Made by a program: the position numbers and the translations under genes. 63,150 nucleotides of DNA from Candidatus Levyibacteriota bacterium. Lineage in GTDB: Bacteria; Patescibacteriota; Microgenomatia; Levybacterales; UBA12049. The stretch spans positions 3,726 through 66,875 of the forward strand of contig JBBDZP010000053.1 of the NCBI GenBank assembly GCA_040900105.1. Direction: 5' to 3'. Positions within the stretch are counted from its first letter, which is position 1; each line of letters opens with the position of its first letter. Below the pieces are notes generated by a model. That model had not been told where the DNA came from and did not search any database. It saw only the letters and a list, made by a program, of their open reading frames with translations. This document shows, in pieces, positions 17,827-27,087 of this stretch.

Positions 17827-19002
17827 TTATTTCCTATATCTTCGAATAATTTCCCTGACCGCGCTGATCACATCTTTAACATCTTTATCAGTTAAATTCG
17901 CACCCAAGGGAAGCGAAATAATTCTTTCACCTATAAATTCTGCATTAGGAAAATCTCCTTTTTTAAAACCAAATGTTTTCCTATAATAAGGGTGCAAATG
18001 AACTGGAGAAAAATGTACTCCAGATCCAATATTTTCATTTATTAAATGTCCGACAAATTCACTACGGTCTATTTTCATTTTCTCTAAATTAAGTAAAATT
18101 CCGTACAAATGCATACCATGGCGAGTATTTGGAGGGGTTGGTGCGGGAATAGTAAGCAGTGGCTCCTCTTTGAATGCATTGTCATACATTTCCCAAATTT
18201 GACTTCGCCTTTTAAGATTTTTCTCTATTCTTGCCAATTGATGTAAGCCAATGGCAGAAGCTATATCTGTAAGGTTATATTTAAATCCCAGTTCTACTGC
18301 CTCATAAAGGCTAAAATGTTTTACAGAATATCGTTTCCATGCATCCCGAGATAAACCATGAAGACGCAATATGTTTAGGCGCTCTTCCCATTTTTTATTA
18401 TTAGTTGTTATCATTCCCCCCTCTCCTGTTGCTAAGTTCTTTGTTACATAAAAAGAAAAAACAGTTGTGTCTCCAATTGAACCAATTTTCTTACCTTTAT
18501 AAATAGCTTCAATCGCGTGAGCTGCATCTTCGATGACAAAAAGATTATGTTTCTTAGCAAGATTCATTACAGCATCCATCTCAACCGGTCTGCCGTGTAA
18601 ATGCACCGGCAGAATTGCCCTGGTTTTGGAGGTTATTTTTTTAGCGATCTCAGCAGGATCTATATTCCAGGTTTTTATGTCGACATCCGCAAAAACCGGC
18701 TTTGCTCCTGCATGAATAATTACATTTGCCGAAGATACAAAGGTCAAAGGAGTAGTAATAACTTCATCTCCGGGATTAAGATTGAGCACCTTTAAAGCAA
18801 GGTGAAGACCGGCCGTTGCGGAATTAACAGCTATCGCGTATTTTGCCTTTGCATATTTCCTAAACTCTTTTTCAAAAAGTTCCGTCTTAGGCCCTGTTCC
18901 CCACCAACCGGAACGCAACGTGTCAACAACTTCCTTGATCTCTTCTTCTCCAATGAACGGTTTACCAAATACTAGAAAATTTTTTCTCCTCTTATAACTC
19001 AT
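17827..19002 (-). CDS. DegT/DnrJ/EryC1/StrS-family PLP-dependent sugar aminotransferase
   Basis: 391 aa. EDAAHAIEA, FSFYVTKNLATGEGG (candidate PLP lysine) and the N-terminal GWWGTGP motif. Confidence 0.8.
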   Translation of the reverse strand: MSYKRRKNFLVFGKPFIGEEEIKEVVDTLRSGWWGTGPKTELFEKEFRKYAKAKYAIAVNSATAGLHLALKVLNLNPGDEVITTPLTFVSSANVIIHAGAKPVFADVDIKTWNIDPAEIAKKITSKTRAILPVHLHGRPVEMDAVMNLAKKHNLFVIEDAAHAIEAIYKGKKIGSIGDTTVFSFYVTKNLATGEGGMITTNNKKWEERLNILRLHGLSRDAWKRYSVKHFSLYEAVELGFKYNLTDIASAIGLHQLARIEKNLKRRSQIWEMYDNAFKEEPLLTIPAPTPPNTRHGMHLYGILLNLEKMKIDRSEFVGHLINENIGSGVHFSPVHLHPYYRKTFGFKKGDFPNAEFIGERIISLPLGANLTDKDVKDVISAVREIIRRYRK

Positions 19003-19005
19003 ACA

Positions 19006-20190
19006 TCATTTTTTCATATTAGAAAGACCATCTTTTTCAAGCTCTTCACACAATGCAATAACTCGCACTGCTTCCTGATATGTAGTTATAATCTTCTCTT
19101 TACCCAAAATAGTAGATATAAAATTATCCATTACATACTGACAAGCGTAATCATGATTATAAACGGTAAAGGGGAAGCGGCGGAAACCAAAATCTGCCTC
19201 TCGCATAAATAGTAATGACAACTTGCTAAAAGTACGCATATATAAACTTGTTGCAAAGCTTAAGGTACGCATATATAGATTTATTGCAAAAGATAGTGGT
19301 TTTCGGGGAAATCCAATTTTAGTTTTTGTAATAATCATCTCGGTGTCAAACCAACCACTATCGCCAAAAAAGTCGGCAACCTGCGTGAATCCTTTGTCTC
19401 CCGTATATAAAACACCATCGATATACGTACCCTTATCTCCCATAATAATAAGATCATAAACCTGAGGGTAAACACAGGAACTATTAACATGAACCTTACC
19501 AATTATATTACTTGGGAATCGTAAGAGTATTGTTGCTGAGGTGTACGGAGCTTTATATTCGGTAAACGAATTTTTTGATACATAGGCGGTACCTTTAACA
19601 GGAGTTTCGTTTGTTAAATGCATCAGAAGATCAAGGGGATGACAACCATGTGCGAAAATGAGGCTTTGTCCGTCTTTTTGTCTCCACTCATCAAATTGAT
19701 TGAAGCGTTCCCGCATGTCGTGCCAGTAATTGGCCTCTATATAGAATAATTTCCCCAGTGTTCCTTTCTTAATAATTTCATGAGCTTTTAAGAATGCGGG
19801 AGCACACCTCATCTGGTGGTGTACGCCGAATACAAGGTTGTTATAGCGTTTTATATAAGGACCAAGACGCTTTGCCTCTGCAAGACTTGCAACCATTGGT
19901 TTTTCACTGAGCACGTGCTTTCCGGCTTCAAGAGAGGCAACAATATTATCAAAGTGTAAGTAATCGGGTGTACAAACCGTCACCGCATCAACACGATTAA
20001 ATAATTCTTCACGGCTTTCTACAATGGTTACATTTTCAATTCCTGCAATTCTCTTGGGATCAAAGCCAAAGATCTCCCCAACATGTGGATTGCGGTTAAG
20101 CCTACGGACATGTGCGCGGCCTGCTCCTCCCAAACCAATAACTCCTATTCGCAATTTTTTAGGTTCACTTTTTCTTCTATTTTGGCTCAT
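19006..20190 (-). CDS. Gfo/Idh/MocA-family NAD(P)-dependent sugar oxidoreductase (with an unusual repeat-containing insertion)
   Basis: LRIGVIGLGGAGRAH Rossmann N-terminus and the EKP motif (LSEKPMV). The track start (20193) is a TTG; the adjacent ATG is at 20190. The C-terminal half carries an in-frame 33-bp tandem duplication. Confidence 0.75.
   Translation of the reverse strand: MSQNRRKSEPKKLRIGVIGLGGAGRAHVRRLNRNPHVGEIFGFDPKRIAGIENVTIVESREELFNRVDAVTVCTPDYLHFDNIVASLEAGKHVLSEKPMVASLAEAKRLGPYIKRYNNLVFGVHHQMRCAPAFLKAHEIIKKGTLGKLFYIEANYWHDMRERFNQFDEWRQKDGQSLIFAHGCHPLDLLMHLTNETPVKGTAYVSKNSFTEYKAPYTSATILLRFPSNIIGKVHVNSSCVYPQVYDLIIMGDKGTYIDGVLYTGDKGFTQVADFFGDSGWFDTEMIITKTKIGFPRKPLSFAINLYMRTLSFATSLYMRTFSKLSLLFMREADFGFRRFPFTVYNHDYACQYVMDNFISTILGKEKIITTYQEAVRVIALCEELEKDGLSNMKK
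19225..19290. repeat. Imperfect 33-bp tandem duplication (2 copies, 28/33 identical) inside the Gfo/Idh/MocA gene
   Basis: Copy 1 is 19225..19257 (gctaaaagtacgcatatataaacttgttgcaaa). Copy 2 is 19258..19290 (gcttaaggtacgcatatatagatttattgcaaa). They encode FAINLYMRTLS and FATSLYMRTFS. Confidence 0.9.
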
Positions 20191-20205
20191 CAAAAATTAA
20201 CACAT

Positions 20206-20222
20206 ACCTTCTATGAGAAGGT
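20206..20222 (-). terminator. Weak hairpin between two same-strand genes (possible terminator or attenuator)
   Basis: ACCTTCT-ATG-AGAAGGT forms a perfect 7-bp stem with a 3-nt loop in the 69-nt gap 20191..20259. On the minus strand a T-run (TAATTTTT) follows only after 8 nt, so the terminator assignment is weak. Confidence 0.25.
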
Positions 20223-20259
20223 TTAATCCTGCTAGTTTAACAGAACGCTAAAAGGTGCG

Positions 20260-21057
20260 TCAATCTGCAGGTTTTTCAATAATGTAAACTACAATATTAG
20301 AAGTTCTAGAAAAAGGAATCTTTTCGTCCATTTTGTGGACAACATTAAGCGTCATATTAGCAAACTTAGGAAAAATTTTAGCTATGGTAAAAAGTGGAAG
20401 AAAAAACATAGTGAAAAACGGATATCCCTTTTTCTTAACAAGGACACCACCTGATTTCCTTACAAGCTTATCTATCAAATTCCACTCAAACGAAATACCA
20501 TATGTCTCAACTTTCTTTTTTACTAATATCTTCCTTAGAATAAAAGGTAGGATTCCAAAAAGCTTGATAATGTTATCTCCGGTTGTATTTGGTTCTATAA
20601 TAATAGCCTTTCCGCCCGGCTTTAAAACTCTCAGTACTTCATAAATTCCCAAGTATTGATCTTTTTTCGTACTTAGATACATTAAAGATACGATGCAGTA
20701 AATATAATCAAATGTGTTATTCTTAAATGGTATTTTACGTACATCTGCCACAATTCCCTTACCTCTTTTTCCGAGCTTTTCATTAAAAAGACTCACAAAC
20801 GTTTCAGAAATATCTATCCCATATACAAATGCCTCTTTATTCTTATTAACAACCTCAATTGCCATTCTCCCATATCCACACCCAATATCAAGACATACGC
20901 ACTTTACTTTTGGCAGACCCCTTAAAATTTCATCCTTATGTACTTTATGGATATATTCATTAAGCACTGGAGGAAATGACTGTTGCATTACCGCTTCTTT
21001 TTTATCTTCAAATTTCCTAGCTCTTTCTTCCCAAGCATTTACTAATTTCTTTTTCAT
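20260..21057 (-). CDS. Class I SAM-dependent methyltransferase
   Basis: Motif I CLDIGCGYGRMA, then GIDISE and GGKAIIIEPN. Confidence 0.75.
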   Translation of the reverse strand: MKKKLVNAWEERARKFEDKKEAVMQQSFPPVLNEYIHKVHKDEILRGLPKVKCVCLDIGCGYGRMAIEVVNKNKEAFVYGIDISETFVSLFNEKLGKRGKGIVADVRKIPFKNNTFDYIYCIVSLMYLSTKKDQYLGIYEVLRVLKPGGKAIIIEPNTTGDNIIKLFGILPFILRKILVKKKVETYGISFEWNLIDKLVRKSGGVLVKKKGYPFFTMFFLPLFTIAKIFPKFANMTLNVVHKMDEKIPFSRTSNIVVYIIEKPAD

Positions 21058-21062
21058 TTAAT

Positions 21063-22295
21063 TTATTTTATCCTCTTTGAACTAATTGCCTTTTCGAATA
21101 CAAGTGCATATGCCTCTCCTATTTTATCTATAGAAAGTTTCTCAACTGCAATTTTTCTACTTTTTAAGCCCATTTGTTTACGAAGTTTATTTGATAAAAC
21201 TAATTTTAACAATGCTGATTTTATTGCGTTAACATTCTTCTGCGGCACAAGAAATCCATTCACTTTATCCGCAACGGTCATAGAATTTCCTGGAAAATTA
21301 GTAGCCACTACCGGCAATCCACATGCCATAGCCTCAAGAAGTGCTACGGGCTGATCATCAATATTTCCTGCTGCATCACTGATAGAAGGCATAACAAAAA
21401 TATCTCCTAAATTATAGTACGAGAGAATTTTATCTCTGCCTATGCTTCCGGCAAATATAGTAGACTTATCTATCTTCCTTTTTTTAACTATAGCTAAAAG
21501 TTCTTCTTTTAAATCTCCCTCTCCAACTATAACCAATTTGACATTGGCATAGGTTTTTATAATCTCCCCCATGCTCTCTAGCAAATATTTAAATCCCTTT
21601 TTCTCTACTAGTCTTCCAACTGCAAGTATAACCACGTCCTGCTTGTAAAATCCAAAATGTTTTCTAAGATTAGCTGAAGCACTGTGATCCGATTTATATT
21701 TCATAACATCAACAGGATACGGAATTACTTCGCTTCTCTTTATATTTGCGCCTAACTGCTCAACCTTTCTAATAAATGTTGGACTGTCTGCAATTACAAT
21801 AGATGCTTGCTCTGCAGCAAAAATCGCTAATTTTTTGAATAAGATATTCATTCCTGCTACATATACATCCGAACCGGGAAGCGTTACTACGTATGGAACG
21901 CCAGTTAATTTTGAAACAATGGCGGCAATTAAACCGTTTGGAAGAAGCCAGTGAGCAGAAATAATATCGATCTTTTCTGATTTACAAATAGAAAGTAATT
22001 TAAAAATTCCAAAAATAAAAAGAAACGGTGCAATTATATATGCTCTTATTGGGAGCTGGAAGCCTCTTTTTAGAGTTGAGGAATATCCCAGGTTGTGTAA
22101 GAAAGAAGGCCAGATATATTTGTAAGAAATCACCCGATAGGGAAAACTAGCATGCTTCAATCCTTTTATGTATGGGATAACTACAATTGGATGATTTCCT
22201 GCATGCTTAAATCCCAACATTAAAGCGTATAGAAATGCGGCAGTCGACTCATTTTTGCTTTTCGGAAAGGTATGAGAAAGAACGGCAATTTTCAT
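21063..22295 (-). CDS. GT4 (GT-B) glycosyltransferase
   Basis: AVGRLVEKKGFKYLL, VIVGEGDLKEEL and VMPS...QPVALLEAMACGLPVVATN (EX7E region). Confidence 0.8.
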   Translation of the reverse strand: MKIAVLSHTFPKSKNESTAAFLYALMLGFKHAGNHPIVVIPYIKGLKHASFPYRVISYKYIWPSFLHNLGYSSTLKRGFQLPIRAYIIAPFLFIFGIFKLLSICKSEKIDIISAHWLLPNGLIAAIVSKLTGVPYVVTLPGSDVYVAGMNILFKKLAIFAAEQASIVIADSPTFIRKVEQLGANIKRSEVIPYPVDVMKYKSDHSASANLRKHFGFYKQDVVILAVGRLVEKKGFKYLLESMGEIIKTYANVKLVIVGEGDLKEELLAIVKKRKIDKSTIFAGSIGRDKILSYYNLGDIFVMPSISDAAGNIDDQPVALLEAMACGLPVVATNFPGNSMTVADKVNGFLVPQKNVNAIKSALLKLVLSNKLRKQMGLKSRKIAVEKLSIDKIGEAYALVFEKAISSKRIK

Positions 22296-23410
22296 GAAAC
22301 GAGTTTCGACAATGCTACTTTTGCAGTATTATCCCAGTCAAGCTTTTTTGCGGAAATAGTAGCGCCCTCTTGCAATCTTTTGTATAAACTATCATTAGCT
22401 AATATCCTTTTAATTCCCAAAGCCATAGAGCTAGGATTTATATCAACCACAAAACCATTTCTTCCATTTTGGATAATATCCCTAAGTCCTCCTACATTAT
22501 ATGCAACCGCTGGTGTTCCTACAATACCTGCCTCGGGAACTGTAAGTCCAAATCCCTCCTTAGTGGAAGGCACAACGAGCACGTGAGAACGACTGATTAA
22601 TTCGAATTTTTTATCTTGCTTTACAAATCCCTGAAATAGCACGCTCTTTTGGAGCCCAGATTCTTTAGCTTTACTTTTAAGCTTCTTTTCATACTCCTCT
22701 TCGCCTCTCCCTATAACCCAAAGTCTTATATCGGGAAGGTCTTGCTTTAAGATTTTGCCGACTTCAATTGCATCTTCAATTCCTTTCGCTTTTAAAAGTC
22801 TCCCAACAAAGACCATTGTTGGTTTTTTTTCTTTCTTGAAATTAGGAAGTTTTTTTGGCAGAGTAATTCCCATAGGAAGAACCGTTATATTTTTCTTGGA
22901 AACGCCGAATTTAATTAAATCATTTTTAGTTGAGTTTGAAATAGTTAAGAATGGTTCCTTTTTATAAAACCTGAAGTAATTTTTTTCTATTAATTTACCA
23001 ATCTTATTGAAAGGGAAAGGGAAGTTGACGTCCCAAATTTCATTCGCAACCTCGCATATTAAAGCGACTTTTTTCTTTTTTACGTATAATGGGGTGAAGA
23101 AAGGAAGCCCATGTATTTCATCAATCACAACATCAAATTTATTCTTATTCTTTTTATAATATAAAAAGGCCATGAAGTGGACAGAGCGATGAAAATGCCT
23201 AGCATCAGGATTTCCTCTTCTTATAATTTTTACTCCATCAATAATTTCTTCTTTTTTTGCTCCTTTGAAATAAGAGGAAAAATGGGACACCTCATACCCC
23301 CAGGTGGACCACCTTTTTGCAATCTCGTGGGTTAGTACTTCTGCTCCTCCTGAACTTGGATTTTTTATGTCTCTCCAGTTAAGAATTAGGATTCTAGGCT
23401 TTCGTGGCAT
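22292..23410 (-). CDS. GT4 (GT-B) glycosyltransferase
   Basis: FVGRLLKAKGIEDAI, VIGRGEEEYEKKL and VVPSTKEGFGLTVPEAGIVGTPAVA. ATGA overlap with the downstream gene. Confidence 0.8.
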   Translation of the reverse strand: MPRKPRILILNWRDIKNPSSGGAEVLTHEIAKRWSTWGYEVSHFSSYFKGAKKEEIIDGVKIIRRGNPDARHFHRSVHFMAFLYYKKNKNKFDVVIDEIHGLPFFTPLYVKKKKVALICEVANEIWDVNFPFPFNKIGKLIEKNYFRFYKKEPFLTISNSTKNDLIKFGVSKKNITVLPMGITLPKKLPNFKKEKKPTMVFVGRLLKAKGIEDAIEVGKILKQDLPDIRLWVIGRGEEEYEKKLKSKAKESGLQKSVLFQGFVKQDKKFELISRSHVLVVPSTKEGFGLTVPEAGIVGTPAVAYNVGGLRDIIQNGRNGFVVDINPSSMALGIKRILANDSLYKRLQEGATISAKKLDWDNTAKVALSKLVS

Positions 23411-24662
23411 TGCGATAGTATATCAGAAGGCTAAATAGAAGTAAAAATGAAACAAATATCATCCCTGCAATAACCTGACCGATACTTTCATGAAAAAACA
23501 TAATAAACACAGACTCCAAAGCTGCCGCGACTATAGTAAAATATAGAACCTTAGTTTTCCCTATCGAGAGATAAAAACTATTCAAAAGATAGCTCATGCA
23601 ATAGAAAAGTATAAATATAGAAAACGGTCCTAAATATGGAGCCAGGGAGAGATAAACACTGTTTGGAAAAAAGATACCGAGAATCATTTTAGGAAAGAAG
23701 AAATAAATAAAGCTCAATACAATAGATGGTAAAACTATAAGCGCTATGGATAGCAGTAGCGTACCTGTGAGTTGTTCTTTTCTTTCTTTCTTCTGAGCAA
23801 TTAGAGGGAAAAGAACAGATGCTATGGGAGAAACTACATAAAAAATAGATCTGCCCATAAGAGAAAGCGCCGCATATTGCCCTGCCAAAGTGGGACTAAA
23901 ATAATGCTTTACCAAAATTATATCTAGAGATATTAAAGAGATGATGCCTATATTTGATAAGAAGACTGGAATCGCATAAGCGTATGCCTTACTATGCAAA
24001 GAGCCGAGCGTGAACTTATCCTCCAATATCTGCACTTTTAGATGTTTAAAAAGAGGTAGAAATGAAAATAGATAAGCTGCTATGGCAGATAGAAAAAAGG
24101 CATAAATTGCACCCAATGTTTTTAATCCAATGGTTACTAAAAGTATTCCGAATATCAATTTAATCAGGGAAGAAAAGATATTTACAAAAGACAAATACCC
24201 AAATTTCATTAATCCTTGCAAAACTCCCTGAGGAACGCTTGTCAAAAAAGAGAAAAAGAGAGCAACAACAATAAGTACTATAAAACTTTGAGAGTTGATA
24301 TGTAAAAAATTGGATATCTGATATGAAAAAACTGCAAGCAGTCCACATATAAAAAGTGCCATCAATCCTACCCACTTTTTTCCCGCTATAACAAGAGAGC
24401 CAACAATCTTCTCCTTTTTCTGTCCTACAAGCGTTGCTGATAATTTTGCAAAAACCATCATTATTGCGATTGCAAACACAGAGAAAATATTAAATAGAGA
24501 CATCAGGGAAGCAAAAGTTCCATAGTCGGCAACCGAAAGAAACCTACCCATTGTTAAATTAAAGAGGTAATTAAGAAGACTGGCAGCCATGGATCCAGCA
24601 AAAATTACGCTACTTCCTAAAATGAGCGGGTGCTTTACCAACTGGTAAATGGTTTTTTTCAT
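23394..24662 (-). CDS. Wzx-like MOP-superfamily flippase (polysaccharide biosynthesis protein)
   Basis: 422 aa, about 12 hydrophobic helices by eye, with the N-terminal and general layout of Polysacc_synt-type transporters. Sits immediately downstream of a synthase-type GT2. Confidence 0.6.
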   Translation of the reverse strand: MKKTIYQLVKHPLILGSSVIFAGSMAASLLNYLFNLTMGRFLSVADYGTFASLMSLFNIFSVFAIAIMMVFAKLSATLVGQKKEKIVGSLVIAGKKWVGLMALFICGLLAVFSYQISNFLHINSQSFIVLIVVALFFSFLTSVPQGVLQGLMKFGYLSFVNIFSSLIKLIFGILLVTIGLKTLGAIYAFFLSAIAAYLFSFLPLFKHLKVQILEDKFTLGSLHSKAYAYAIPVFLSNIGIISLISLDIILVKHYFSPTLAGQYAALSLMGRSIFYVVSPIASVLFPLIAQKKERKEQLTGTLLLSIALIVLPSIVLSFIYFFFPKMILGIFFPNSVYLSLAPYLGPFSIFILFYCMSYLLNSFYLSIGKTKVLYFTIVAAALESVFIMFFHESIGQVIAGMIFVSFLLLFSLLIYYRNATKA

Positions 24663-24665
24663 AAA

Positions 24666-25406
24666 TCATTTTCCGTAGGAGTCTCTAATTTTCAATCTAT
24701 AGAATACGGCAAAAGTATCCCAAAGCATTAGGAAAATTATTTTCCAAAAGCTCTTTGAAGTAATGCTACTATCCTTATTAAATTTAAGTTTTATTGGGCC
24801 TTCATATATTCTATTGAATCCAAGAGAATAAGCAACAGCCAAAACCTCTATATCAAAAGCAAAGGCTTTAATAATTATTTTTGGGAAAACTTGCCTTACG
24901 ACTTCTTTTTTAAAAAACTTAATGCCGGTCTGGGTATCTTTAACATTGAATCCGAACATAAGCTGCGTAAGATTTCTGTACCCCCAGGTTAACATCCTCC
25001 TGCTTAATGGATAATCAACTTTTGAATCCGGATGAAGCTTACTCCCTACGATAATATCTGCATTTCTCCAAATCAGAGAATTAAGAAGTATTGATATACC
25101 GGTGGCCTCAATGTCCATTCCGGCATCAATGAAACCTATAACATCCCCCTTTGCCTTCAGCATTCCATACTTAACTGCATGTCCTTTGCCTATATTTTCC
25201 TTGTAACCAAAAACTTTTATCTTGTTGCTTTTTACTTTCCTAGCTCTCTCCTCTGTTCTGTCTACAATACCGTCAACGACAACTAAAATCTCATAGTCAA
25301 AAGGGAGGGTTGACAAGATATTATCCAGATTCTTAAGATCTTTTACAATTGTTTTCTCTTGTTTGTAGGCAGGAACGACAAGGGATAATAGTTTAATGTT
25401 GCGCAT
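24666..25406 (-). CDS. GT2 polyprenyl-phosphate sugar synthase-like glycosyltransferase
   Basis: LLSLVVPAYKQE, VVVDGIVDRT, GKGHAVKYG, FIDAGMD and DTQTGIKFFKKE. The track start (25427) is a TTG. I prefer the ATG at 25406 (MRNIKLLSLVV). Confidence 0.75.
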   Translation of the reverse strand: MRNIKLLSLVVPAYKQEKTIVKDLKNLDNILSTLPFDYEILVVVDGIVDRTEERARKVKSNKIKVFGYKENIGKGHAVKYGMLKAKGDVIGFIDAGMDIEATGISILLNSLIWRNADIIVGSKLHPDSKVDYPLSRRMLTWGYRNLTQLMFGFNVKDTQTGIKFFKKEVVRQVFPKIIIKAFAFDIEVLAVAYSLGFNRIYEGPIKLKFNKDSSITSKSFWKIIFLMLWDTFAVFYRLKIRDSYGK

Positions 25407-25962
25407 CTTGGGAAGGCGGGTTTTCAAAATTTTTTCTTACTAGGTCCCAAGAAAACAAAAGTCCGTTGGGAGCCTTAACTTGAGCCTCGTCGTATGGAAT
25501 CCTTGATTCCTCCGCCGGATTATAAACTACAGTTGGGAAATTAAGAAGGATTGCAGGAGTTTTGGAGACCACCATAAATCCATGGAGAGTATTCTTAGGT
25601 ATGAGAAGAATGTAGGGAGATTGATTAGGATTCATGTAGAATAAATTCAAAAGTCCTTTCGTAATTGATCCTTCTCTGTTATCCGCAACAGCTACAACTA
25701 TTTCTCCACTAATTACTAGAAATCTATCCTCCTGAACGGTTGGATGACAATGCCAAACATTCTCGTCCCGGGCAAGACCGGGGGGAGTTACGGAATAATA
25801 CTGCATGGCAAATTCGCGGCCGGGCCCATAGATAATGGGCCAGTCTTTTCTTAACGTCTCGACAAGAACTCCCGATTCATCCTTATTTATTTTTAAAGGA
25901 TGCAGTACAATATCTTTTACCAGGGTCATCTTATCCTTATTCTGAAGAGTTATAAATTCCAC
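25393..25962 (-). CDS. RmlC-like cupin (NDP-4-keto-6-deoxyhexose 3,5-epimerase-related)
   Basis: 189 aa, GTG start. DESGVLVETLRKDW, WHCHPTVQEDRFLVISGEIVVAVAD and IPKNTLHGF resemble the dTDP-4-dehydrorhamnose 3,5-epimerase-like cupin fold. Confidence 0.6.
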   Translation of the reverse strand: MEFITLQNKDKMTLVKDIVLHPLKINKDESGVLVETLRKDWPIIYGPGREFAMQYYSVTPPGLARDENVWHCHPTVQEDRFLVISGEIVVAVADNREGSITKGLLNLFYMNPNQSPYILLIPKNTLHGFMVVSKTPAILLNFPTVVYNPAEESRIPYDEAQVKAPNGLLFSWDLVRKNFENPPSQDAQH

Positions 25963-25992
25963 CTATCAAGTATATCAAATAATCCTACTTCG

Positions 25993-27087
25993 TTAAATAG
26001 ACCCTTGCCTCAGTACAGCTTCTTCATATACCCCTACAGTATCCTCAGCAGTCTTTTTCCAAGAAAATTTTTTTGACTGGGCAGTTCCTTTTTCCGATAA
26101 TTTTTTTTGCAACTTGGCATCATTAAAGACTCTTTCAAGTCCAAGAGCAATGTCGCTAATATTGTAAGCATCTACGTAGTAAGCAGCTTCTCCTGCAATT
26201 TCGGGAATTGAGCCCATTTTAGAAGTGACCACCGGACAACCGCAACCCATTGCCTCAAGAATAGGAAGCCCAAACCCTTCATAGAGAGATGGCATAGCAA
26301 AAACTGTTGCCATATTATAAAGAGCGACCAATTCCCCCTGCTCCACAAATCCCAAGACAAAAATATCACCGTCGTCTTTTATTAGCTCTTGTACTTTAAG
26401 CAGATCCTGATTCCAAGGATTAGTTTTATCAAACTCCGCTTGGGATATTGCCTTACCCACCATAACCAGAGGCACTCCTGCAATTTTTACGGCCCGTATA
26501 AGAGAAGGAAGATTTTTGTTCCATGTCACATCACCAACATATAGGACGAAACGCTCTGGTAAGCCGTATCGTTTCTTAATTTCCGACTTCCAACCTGCCT
26601 CGCCGGCAGGCAGGTTTCCGGTCTCCAATCTTCTGAACTCCTCTCCTGCTGCCAAATATACGACCGTTACTTTATCTTCTGGTATACCTACATATTTAAC
26701 AATATCTTTCTTTGAAGACATGGAATCCGTTATTATCCTTTTTGCCTTTCTTAGTCTTGCTTTCTGAATTTTCCATTTAATCTTACCTCTTAATCCTGCT
26801 GGAAAATTATTTGGGAAAACCAAAGGAGTTAAATCATGCACAGTTACAACAAACTTATTTTCGTTATTAAATGGCAGGGTTAGAAAAAAAGGTTCAAAGT
26901 ATGGATAGTGAACTAAATCAACTCCTAACGACACTTTCTCTCCTCTTGTAAAGTAAATATATTCATTGTTTGGATAATACTTCTCAAGTGAGCTTCTTAG
27001 GTTTTCCAGATAAAAGCCTGTTCCCCTTACTCTGTGCTGCAGAAAATGGCCGGATTTAAGCGGGGACACATCAATTGCTATGTTCAC
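25993..27087 (-). CDS. GT4 (GT-B) glycosyltransferase
   Basis: YVGDVTWNKNLPSLI and AMPSLYEGFGLPILEAMGCGCPVVTS. GTG start forming a GTGA overlap with the upstream stop. Confidence 0.8.
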   Translation of the reverse strand: MNIAIDVSPLKSGHFLQHRVRGTGFYLENLRSSLEKYYPNNEYIYFTRGEKVSLGVDLVHYPYFEPFFLTLPFNNENKFVVTVHDLTPLVFPNNFPAGLRGKIKWKIQKARLRKAKRIITDSMSSKKDIVKYVGIPEDKVTVVYLAAGEEFRRLETGNLPAGEAGWKSEIKKRYGLPERFVLYVGDVTWNKNLPSLIRAVKIAGVPLVMVGKAISQAEFDKTNPWNQDLLKVQELIKDDGDIFVLGFVEQGELVALYNMATVFAMPSLYEGFGLPILEAMGCGCPVVTSKMGSIPEIAGEAAYYVDAYNISDIALGLERVFNDAKLQKKLSEKGTAQSKKFSWKKTAEDTVGVYEEAVLRQGSI

